Shown here in pieces: positions 21,301 through 30,779 of a stretch of DNA of 33,000 nt. Positions within the stretch are counted from its first letter, which is position 1. The number at the start of each line of letters is the position of its first letter. The DNA comes from Dicyema japonicum (lineage: Eukaryota; Animalia; Dicyemida): NCBI GenBank assembly GCA_011109175.1, contig RDEW01000028.1:572458-605457 (forward strand). Direction: 5' to 3'. The notes under the pieces are model-generated. The model did not search any database. It was not told the origin of the DNA and worked only from the letters and a program-made list of their open reading frames with translations. The position numbers and the translations under genes were made by a program.

Positions 21301-23196
21301 AGTAAGAAAGAATATTTTACTGCAACGTGTTTGGACATATCCAAGGCTTTTGACAGTGTCTGGCATGAGGGACTTCTCGAGAAAATGTCAAAGCGAACAT
21401 TGGAAAGTCGGCGCTCATGTGGATTAGAAACTTCCTTATGGGAAGAGAGTCTTATATTCGTGTGGGAAATATGCCCTCTAAAAAGATAAAACTAAGAAGA
21501 GGTGTTCCACAAGGTTCAATTTGAGTCCCCTCCTCTTCAACTGTATAATGAGCGAGGTGCCAAAACCGGAACACATCAATACCAAAATGATAATTTATGC
21601 AGACGACATTCTAATTTTGGACACTAGTATGAATAAATCAATATCATGGAAAAGAACAGTAGCTCATATGTCGAAAATCGAAGATTGGTGTCGGAATAAT
21701 AAATTGACATTATCAAGAGAAAAAAGTTCTGTAACCTGGATAGCGAGAAATAGGAAGAATCAATATGTTGATACAGGGAATGTTAAATTCTCGGAAAACC
21801 TGATATAGCTTGGAGTATGCATTAACAAAAAAGAATCGTTTAAAGAGCACATCAAAATACGAAGAGAGAAAGCTACGGGAATGCTCAAGTCCCTACTCCG
21901 CTTTCATTTGTCTCCAGATACTTTTATGTTTGTCTACAAAACGTGTACAGTCCCCCGAATTGGGGCACAAAGTGCCCCAAAAAGCGGGGGTGCCCTAAAA
22001 ACAGGGGTTTAATAAAACAGAGATGTTAAACATCAAAAATCAATTTTAGAAAAATAATCAGTTAATTTATCCCCAGTTATCTTTTTACTTCTTACATTTT
22101 CATAAAATTAAGTCGAAAATCGTAAAATTCTTTGAGCATTTCTGGAGATATTTAAAAAATTTTCTTCTCTAACTGATCAAGAGAATCTTGAATTTTAAAA
22201 AACTCATTGATGTAAGTCAAGTCACATGAATTTTTTTCTCCACAAATTGATTTGAATTTCAGTTCATGTCGCTTTTTAAATCTGTCAAGCCAGCCGTTTA
22301 AAGCTTTGAAAGTATCAAATCCAATTTTTGAAGCCGTATATAAGGCAATTTTCTTTATGAAAGGACCTGATATTGGAACCTTATCTTCACGTAGATTCTG
22401 AAATATTTCAAAAACTTGATCATCGGATTTAGATTTCTCACAATAAGGCATAAGATCCTCATCCTTGTTCAAGAAAAAGTACAATTGTTTTTTTTATTCG
22501 CGAAATCATGCCTTTACAAGTTTTGTATTTTTTATTATCTGTCTTTTAGATAATTTGTTCTTCAATATCAATTTAGCAATCGTTAATTTTGTTTCGTAGT
22601 TAATTACCATTCACAACAAAAAATGTAAATAAACGTGTAAATTAAAATTATATATTTATTAATAAAATATAAATTTATTTACTTATAATTTCATCCCCCA
22701 CAATTTTATAGTGCCCCAAAATTTCCATATTTTTTATCGATTTTCCATTTTACTCTGCCAAAATGTTGGCCAAAAAAATGCCCCAAAATGGCGGGGTGCC
22801 CCACCCCTGGGGTCTGCCCCAATTCGGGGTCGGACTGTATTGAATCTTTCCTAATATATGAATATCAAGGTTGGTTTAAAACAGAGGAGGAATCAGTCCT
22901 ACTAACTAAATTAGAAAAGACAAGAAGGTATGCAATTAAACTCGCACATGGATTGGATTTAGCATCTGAAATTGATGACGAATACGAAAGAAAAACGAGA
23001 AGAATCGGTGATTTATTACATTGCTTGTGGAAACTCGCATTGTAATTGGGGCTTTTTACGGAGAAGAGACATACGGTGTCTCATGAGAGTGCCCCGATAT
23101 AGACGACTCCAAATCTTGGTTTTTCTTCTTTAGTTAATGGCTCTTACATTGTTTAGTTAGTTGGGGTTTTGCGAATAAATTATGTTTTCTGTTATC
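18397..23196 (+). mobile_element. Near full-length Jockey/I-group LINE (ORF1 gag-like zinc knuckles plus ORF2 APE-RT), inactivated
   Basis: ORF1 CFRCQQFGHIARFC and CLVCSGPHRRSQC; APE INETKL, GGIY, VGDMNAKH, GSDHLP; RT YRPISLICSTSK, QWGFR, LDISKAFDSVWH, GVPQGS, YADD. 13-bp flanking duplication and AATAAA near the 3' end. Several frameshifts and stops. Confidence 0.92.
21948..22837 (-). mobile_element. Internally deleted Tigger/pogo-like DNA transposon inserted in the LINE RT
   Basis: TA|CAGTCCCCCGAATTGGGGCA and TGCCCCAATTCGGGGTCGGACTG|TA ends. CENP-B HTH remnant VPISGPFIKKIA..FKALNGWLDRFKKRH. Excision plus one TA restores VYKTCIESFLIY. Confidence 0.9.
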
Positions 23197-24084
23197 TGAG
23201 GACCCCCTGAGGCTAGTGAGATTCCTTCTTGCAGAAACAGAGCTAACTGTAAAATGGTACCCCACAAGGGGATTCTCTCTCCCCGTTTTGTTTGCCGTAT
23301 ATTTGGAGGGATTCTCTGTCCTCTGAGAGATATGAGAAAGACTATGAGCCCCAGTTATCACCAAATCACTGAACTTATATGATGCGTATTTTGTATCCAC
23401 CATTAAGGACTTGCTTGAGTCCGGGCTACGTACAGCAGAGATATTACTCGCAAAATGGAATCTAAAGATAAATCTCTACAAAACAGGATATGTAAAAATT
23501 GGATTCACACCGTCAAGAAATGATGAAAAATAGTGATACGAAAAGAAACTTAGGTCACTTTTGTGAGACCAGGATGATATCAGCAAAAGGAAGATGCTGG
23601 CCACTATCTTCTTATTGGGTATGTCCTAAGGCTAAACTGGAATACACCATGTAGTATTGCCATGGAAGAGTATTTCAATCCGAACGGAAGACCTGATTTC
23701 CGAAGGAGGTCAAACGGACATTAACAGTATGCCTAAAAGAAGACTACCAGAGGATCAGAAAAAAATTCAATTTCGTGGATGACATGGATAAATGTGAGCA
23801 AAGAACAAAAGGTCCTGGAAACTGATCACAGCGAGAAATGTTAAAAATATAACTCAAGCGAAACCCGACTTAGTCAGGGAAACGCGAACGCCTAGGAGTA
23901 GTAATGTTATAACTAACTCAATCTTATAACTAACTCAGCCCTTCCGTCTAGGAGTAGTAATGTTTCCATTACTCGGAACTCATTTTATTTAAGGAGTAAA
24001 GAACAGTTATGCTAATTAATCCAAGACATAATAATAACACCAGAGACCACGGTTTCACAAACTATATAAGGTTTTCTTAACTTC

Positions 24085-24195
24085 TTGTTCTTTTCTTTTT
24101 TTGTGTGTTAGTCTCTGAGACAACCCGGTTCCGCAGTGATTAGCCTGATGACGGCGTCACTCGTCAAACCCAGAAGCATCGTAGATGCAGGAATC
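24085..24195 (-). mobile_element. 5'-truncated copy of the tRNA-like SINE
   Basis: Reverse complement GCATCTACGATGC..CGCCGTCATCAG..TCACTGCGGAACCGG..ACACACAAAAAAAG matches the 5440 and 26640 copies. Confidence 0.7.
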
Positions 24196-24619
24196 TTTTG
24201 AAAATCGAGTTTCATCTTAATGTCGTATAATTTCGCTTTTGATGAAATAAATCCCTATATAAAATCTCGATTTGAAAAGAACAAATCACTCCACTTAACC
24301 AGAGCACAAATCCCCTTTCCTTGCGACGCATTCACTGCTGTTGCAACGTCGGGATCATGTGACTAGTTTGGAATGTTTTATTTTATTTCATCTCGAACAT
24401 TGAATGAAGTGAAGCTAAGTTAGAAAAAAAATTATATTAATTTGACATGGGTCCACCACTACAAAACAGCATGAAATCACCATAAAAGTGTTAATTCTGA
24501 ATATCCACAATATTCACTCTACGTAACCAGCAGACTATAAATTAGGATATTCACGATGTAAACAGTAAAACAGACTTATTATATGTGAAAATGTTAGGTG
24601 TTACTAAATTAGTAAATAG

Positions 24620-26173
24620 TTAAATGGGAAGTTCAAAACTCACATCCACTGCCGATTCCTTGGCAATCTCGACAATATTGGCCAAATTAACCACCTATAA
24701 ATATAAAAACAAAACCCACCATTTTAGTAGCCATATCCAAGTCACTGCAAGGTAGAATCTTCAACTGACTCGAATAAATCAGAGACTGGGCTTCTTCGAG
24801 TTTTGTTCCTACAGTTTAAAAGCCACTCAAAACCCTGCAATCGCACAACGATGGGGACTTTTAACTTTAACCCAGAGACCGCGTCAATTATCCCACGTGC
24901 AATCACGTCACATCGCATAATTCCACCAAATATGTTAACTAGCACTGCCCGAACCTACCATGCTGAAGATCAATACCTGAGAGTCAGACGTAATTATCCT
25001 CAGTGCTTCCATAACCTGAGAAGCCGACGCTCCTCCCCCGATGTCCAAGAAGTTTGCTGCCTTCCCACTGTGGTAATTGATTATGTCCATAGTGGACATA
25101 GCTAGTCCAGCCCCGTTGACTAAAATCAGTAACATGTTATACCGAGACATCCAATGTTGCCATCCAGACCGATATAATTGATGTTGAGCTCTGCAGCCTT
25201 CTGTTCTCGAGAGTCGTGCTCACTGAGGTCCCGATTCATGAATATCCCCTTCTGCCTGAACTCGGCGTTATCATCAACCAGCATTTTACAGTCCATGGCG
25301 TATACTAGGGTCACTATGGAGAACACCGTTTCCCTTGATGTCCAAGGAGATCGGATTGATCTCCAAAAGAGTGCAATCACACTCGTAGAAGAGTCGAGTC
25401 AAGTTTTTGAGCATCGAAATTGCCTAAATTGAATAGAAATCTCACTTGGGGAAGATGAACGTCATCAAAACGCAGGAATTTAGCAAATTCTGTCGAGATG
25501 AAGTCGTCCATTGAGCCATCTGGGGGTAAAGACTTTGTCAATAGTAGTTCTGGGTAGCTAGCAGCCATTTCTTCAATGTTTACGCCTCCTTCAGCACAGG
25601 CAATGGCAGTTGTGTCCTGGAATACTTAGTTATGGCATACATTTGTCTTCCTGTTGAGTAAAATTGCAAAGTAACACTCCCTTCTGGAATATAGTCGCTC
25701 ACAAACAATGACTCTGCGACACATTACTCCATTTGGTCCTGTCTGTTTGGTTACTATTATTTGATTGAGCATCTGTTCGCTCGTATTTTTAGCTTCTTCA
25801 GCGCTGAAAGTTACCAGAGACCAAGTACTTGTAGACTATTTTGACCCCTCCTCGCATTCCGCTAGAAAAGAGTCCCCTTCCTCGACCACCGGCGAGAACC
25901 TGAGCCTTTATCACAACGTCCTCAACTCCTGTTATTTCATCTGAAAAATAATAATCAACTACCAACTTATTTTGCCGGCTGCCTCGTGGACTTCTTGACT
26001 GGTTTGGGCGGTCAAAAAGTATGGGACAGGAATATCGTACTTTTTGAGCATTTCCATCGATACGTATTCATGAAGGGACAAGTGTCTCTTCCAGCAGTTA
26101 ATGTAAGAATTCTGCCATTAAATGCGTTTATTACAGTTAATCTCTTAGTAATTCCCCCAAAACATCTGAACAT
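24620..26173 (-). CDS. SUCLA2: Succinyl-CoA ligase beta subunit, mitochondrial (ADP-forming SUCLA2-like), 438 aa, 11 exons
   Basis: Presequence-like [13 protein letters not shown], then [77 protein letters not shown] and C-terminal VSFELPI*. Introns of 23, 26, 25, 24, 22, 22, 23, 22, 25 and 25 nt; 1554-237=1317 nt with no internal stops. Confidence 0.96.
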
Positions 26174-26264
26174 CACAAAATACTATTGTTTGATAAATAT
26201 ATTTTATATTTAAATACAATAAAAATAAATTTCAAAGTTTATTCAACTTCAACAAAATTCATGA

Positions 26265-26350
26265 GGTTAATGTAATCATACTATTCTAATCACATGGTAA
26301 CCCACCTGCTCGTGGAGATAACTGCATACATTTGTAGCGAACAGACTCCA
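26265..26350 (+). ncRNA. Candidate HDV-like ribozyme relic at a LINE 5' end
   Basis: P1 GGUUAAU/GAUAACU (6 of 7 pairs, G1-U), P3 CC/GG, L3 UGCUCGU, P1.1 GC/GC, P4 UAC/GUA, J4/2 GCGAA with C26338 at the catalytic position. P2 pairs poorly (about 4 of 9). Confidence 0.45.
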
Positions 26351-26629
26351 CTTATTTCCTTTACCAAGAATTACCAAATAGTTTGATTGGTAGTGGCTAC
26401 GAACGCCAAACTACCGTTTCCAGATTTCTTTAATCAGATGTAGTGATGTTGAACCTAACCCTGGACCAGAGTCAATTCAGCGAAACTTGAGGATAGTCTA
26501 GTTGAACAAAAAACGAATTTTACAAAAATGTGTTGACTTATGTAACTTCTTGCACAATCAATGTGTGGACATTGCCCTTATCCAATAAACTAGCTTTCAT
26601 CAAAACCCAAGACTCATCACTTAAACTTC

Positions 26630-26815
26630 TTTTTTTCTTTTTCTTGTGTGAGTGTCCTTTCTAGACAATCCAGTTCCGCAGTGAGTATCCACTGATGACG
26701 GCGTCATCATCAAACCCTTTCTGCATCGTAGATGGGTGGAGCCTTCCACCAGATGAACAGCAGCAAGATTCGAACTCGTAGCCTAAGCCACTTAAGCCCG
26801 ACCAACGAGGCATGT
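26630..26815 (-). mobile_element. tRNA-like SINE copy
   Basis: B-box GAGTTCGAATC (26767-26777, minus strand), followed by the same body and A-rich tail as the 5365-5545 copy. Confidence 0.65.
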
Positions 26816-27559
26816 TACTCGAATAAAATTTTTTTGTTTTAATTTTTAATAATTTTTTTAAAGACTTTAAAAAATTTTGGCAAATTTCCACTAAAATTGG
26901 AAAATTTCTTTAAAAATGGCAAAAATATCAAGAAGACCTGTTTCACTATCGTCAATATTTGAATTCCCCTTATTTCTTGTAATAGTGTGTGGCTACACCC
27001 AAAATTTAATTTCCTTTATGTCTATTCTACATATAATTCTATTTGGAGATTTTAATGTCCACCATCCCATATGGTTGTCCTCGAACAAATCTGATCAGTG
27101 CTGTTTGAAAATTTTGCACGATTTTTCTGATCTGGTTATCTTGAATAACCCAGGTTCACACACAGTCGTGCGTTCGAATACCTCGCCTGATATCTCCTTT
27201 TGTTCCCCTAGTCTAGTTCTTGACACTCATTGTGACGTTCTATATCTCTCAACACATCATAGCTCGATCATGATAACTAGGGTAATTTTATAGCAGTTAA
27301 AATTTAAAATATAGCACTTAAAAATAGCATTTATAAACTACAAAATATAGAATTTAAAAAAATATAGCACTTAAAAATTTTAAATTTTTGAAAAAAAGAA
27401 ACATTATTTTTTGGAATCAGAAAACAAGTTAAGATTTTTAGTTAAGAGGCCAGGATTGCGAAGGCGTTCCCTTTGATCACCGACATTTTGAGCCTCTGCC
27501 TTAACCAGAGCCCTTCGCGGGGATCGCATCACTTCAAAGCAAGCCTTCGTCCCATATTA

Positions 27560-29030
27560 TTATTAGCACTTTCACTAGAGCCCAGCATGTGCAGCAAAAA
27601 ATATAACAGAAAGAGTAAACTTGTTCCAGCCTTTTCTGTTCTTAGTCAGATCCCTTAGTGTTTCCAGGTCTTTGTCAGATGCCAAAGTTTTCTTTACGCC
27701 TTTCAGATCGTTTTGCAAAACTACCGGGAGGGTTGTTCTTTGTCTCCACGAAAGCGTTTTACATGGGAGGAGTTGTAATCTTCCATGGCGATATTCGGAG
27801 GGATGTCGGGTGCAACCTCAGGACGTGTCCAAAGAGTCTCCAACGAGAGCTTATGATCTCGAGACTTATTGATGTACAGTCACATATATTGTACAGTCCT
27901 TTCCGCGAGATCTTGGATGGCCAGGACATTCCAGTTATGTATCAGAAATGATTCCTGTGAAACGAGGCTAGCTTCTCCAATTCCTTTTTTGAGGTGCCCC
28001 AGGTCCCAGAGTTGTATAGGAGAATTAGTTTGATGAAGGTGTCTTACAACATTATCCTTTGTTTTATTTTATTCCCCTTCCATTTTAGCCATAGGTTTTT
28101 CAGTCTGTGTAATGCCGCGTTTGCCGTGGTTTATCTTCGTATGATATCTTCACTTTCTCCTAATAGGGAACCAAGTTTCTTTGTGTGTCTCCATTTCTCT
28201 TCGAGTAAGTTATTCATTCGTTTTATTTCTGTCCGTTCTGTTTTTCCCTGTTCACGGTGAGAAACAATTTCCCAAGTATATCTGGTGCTTTTTCTAGTAC
28301 ATGTTCCAGGATTTCTTTGTCTTCGGAGATCATGTCGATATCATCAGCATAAATCACTTCTTTTATTTTTTTTTGGTATAATGGTCTCAGTTCCTTCATA
28401 GCGACCTCCAAGTATATTGTGAATAGTAGCGGAGAGGGAGTCTCCTTGAGGAGTGCCTGTGTTTGTTTAAAAATTTTTTGAGTAGGTTTTTCCAACTCTC
28501 ACAAGGAGGTCTGTGTTAGATGGAAAGATTTGGATCATTCTTAGACTCGATTCGTCAAGAAACCCTTCCAGCACTGTCATCAATTTGTTCCTGTTAACCG
28601 AGCCATATCTTTGATGTGTTGCACATCTCCATCTGTGACTCCAGACTGCATCAGCTGTTGATCTTTCTCTGAACTCACTTTGACTTTCGGGTAGGTATTC
28701 ATATGCGGGTCCTTTTATTCGTTCCAATTCAATGTTCGTCCCATAGTGGAGAGAAATGCATCCGTCTTCTCTCCCATTGTTGAAACAAAAAATAAAATTA
28801 TCCGGTGAATATATTGTGGTAGCAACATCTGGAGGACACCTGATATCTCTGAAAGATATCTTCTAGATTTATCCTTTGTTGTAGTACTTTTAAATTTCTC
28901 TGATGAATCGACTATTTTATTGCATAGGAAACAATCATTCTGAATTTCGGATTCTTCTTTTAATTGCAGAGCATACACCTTCGATTTGTTATTGATTTGG
29001 TGATCTTTGACATGACAGTAAATCAACACG
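27560..29030 (-). mobile_element. Decayed RTE-like LINE RT
   Basis: YLPESQSEFRERSTAD, SVNRNKLM, SPLLFTIYLE, IYADDIDMI, TKKLGSLLG, ILLYNSGTWG, LASFHRNH. Deletions and frameshifts; a (TAA)n-like tract at about 27555-27565. Confidence 0.88.
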
Positions 29031-29419
29031 TTTCATTTATAGTGGTTTAAAAAATTTATTTAGAACCCCGGAATCACCGAGAAAGAAAGACAAAAAAACA
29101 TCAGACAGTTAGGTAATCCCAGTTCACGCAATCAAACGAGCCATCCAACGTATGTGGTCTCCCATTGTTCCCACTACCGTTCGAAGGGGCCTTCTCTTAT
29201 CCCTGCAGAGAAATCCGATTGGGGAGGGAAACTTCCTAACCAATCGACTTTCTTTTGCCTTGGAAAAAACAGGCTAAGCGAGTTTCCGTCCTCTTTGCAG
29301 ACCCAAAGGAATCTGGTTCTGCAACTACGGGTCGTAGCTTCCGTGATTAGTGGATTAACCATGATCCAGAATGAGGGCCCATAATAAATATAGTTTTCCG
29401 GTATATTGAATTGATTCTG

Positions 29420-30290
29420 TGAAGCTAGTCTCTGTTACGCGAATCTCCATGGAACAGAGGCATACTCCACAGCCGGGGTAATAGTTTGCCGGTAGAGTGT
29501 TGACCCAGAAGTATCCAAATTTAAAGGAGTCCTCCGGACAAGCACGCTTATAACATTCAATTGATCAACGGGGAGCCCTCATATCCGACAGTTTTGACGA
29601 CCTGGTCATTCTCAATAATCCAAGAAAACACACAAAGACCTCTTCCCGTCAAGGCGAATCCCCTACTTCACCGGCATTTCTTTTGCTGCTCCCTCTCTTG
29701 CGGTTGTCATTTCATGGGATGTTATATACGAGTTACATACTGACCATAACCTAATCTTCATGAGGATCCATCACATCCAATTGATGTTGAAACGCGAGTT
29801 CTAATCCAAACGATAAATAATCTGAAGAAATTCGAAAGAAAATCAGTGGAAGTAACCGGAAAAATATCAAAACTGAATAAAGAAATCACACGGAACACTA
29901 CAAAACACAAAAAAGAAACGTTGGGAAGCTATATTATGAAAATTGACAAGGAGGTTCAAGAAGTGCTCTCCACATTTAATCGAGAGCCATGTCCAAATCC
30001 CAATGACCCTATGTAGTACTATGTGAATATTAGTCATAAACCATATTCAAAAGACCTGGATGTTCATTCAAGCCATGGTCGAAGGAATAAATTCTTCACA
30101 TGACTTTTTTAGATCCGTCAATAGTGCATTCGGTAATCAGGAAAATAAATAACTCGTCGTTCCACGGTTTAGATGACATCTCCGTTATCCAACTGAAACA
30201 CCTGGGTCCTTCCGTGACGGCCCAAATAACACAAATTTTCAATCTCTCAATAAACGAGAATAAGATACCTCAATATGGAAAAAATCACTG
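29420..30290 (+). mobile_element. LINE APE fragment plus RT N-terminal fragment (I/Ingi-like)
   Basis: DQRGALISDSFDDLVILNNP, LHTDHNLI and HGLDDISVIQLKHLG..IFNLSINENKIP. Confidence 0.75.
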
Positions 30291-30779
30291 ATACAAGAAA
30301 AACAAAATTTATAGCATTATATCATTAAAATGGCCCTAATGATAACCATAAACCTTCAGCCCATGATACTGAAGAGCAAGAAGAATATATTAACTGTAAA
30401 CGTGGAAAATGAAAACCGAACATATCATCCAGGACTTTTATTGTACACTTTCCTCATATTTTGAAGTTTTTCACAAATTATCTGCTTGTTGCTGACAATA
30501 AATATATTCTTCGTGGTTTCATATCGAATCGTGGTTGTTGATTTATTTCCAAAACGCCTGAAGATCAGGAAGATTTGCTTTGGCGAAGAAAGGATTCAAT
30601 CTCTGTTGGAAATTAACAAAAAATTGACGATCTTATCCAAAAGCACAAGAACAAAGAATGGAACGATTATATCTTCACTTTCAATCTGTATCTAGAACTC
30701 GTGCTTACTATTATTATTAACCCCAGGCTTACCATTGTAGGCCCAGCACAAACAGTCATAACCAACTAATCCAAGAAAG

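Larger units (their letters stand above)
18295..23990 (+). mobile_element. 5'-truncated RTE-like LINE split into 18295-18396 and 23197-23990 by a nested LINE
   Basis: GIDLSKAFDSINREKLMNILTKILNEDPL rejoins LRLVRFLLAETELTVK, then GTPQGDSLSP, KWNLKINLYKT and GYVLRLNWNTPCSIAMEEYFNP. TGAGGACCCCCTG is duplicated at 18384-18396 and 23197-23209. Confidence 0.8.
26265..27290 (+). mobile_element. 5' part of an Ingi/I-like LINE: 2A-like peptide followed by APE endonuclease, interrupted by a SINE
   Basis: LIRCSDVEPNPGP (26430-26468) runs in frame into NLRIV*LN..FLHNQCVDIALIQ*T. The domain resumes as ILFGDFNVHHPIW..LNNPGSHT..SPDIS..STHHSSI. Confidence 0.8.

Noticed and set aside
24145-24175. CTGATGA motifs here, at about 26692 and at about 5477 (minus) as hammerhead ribozyme cores
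   Set aside because: They are followed by CAAA or GCAA rather than GAAA, with no consistent stems I and III or NUH site; they belong to the SINE body.
24742-25568. Bacterial sucC or horizontal transfer origin for the succinyl-CoA ligase
   Set aside because: It has a mitochondrial-type presequence, spliceosomal introns and a eukaryotic SUCLA2-type C-terminus.
26693-26735. SECIS-like AUGA...AAA...GA pattern
   Set aside because: Helix II does not pair in the SECIS register, it is not in the 3' UTR of a UGA-containing gene, and it lies antisense within a SINE.
29150-29390. RNase MRP/P RNA or telomerase RNA (GGAAACUC, CUCAUUCU, CCUAACC motifs)
   Set aside because: The conserved regions are in the wrong order and no P4 pseudoknot can be formed; the short matches are expected by chance.
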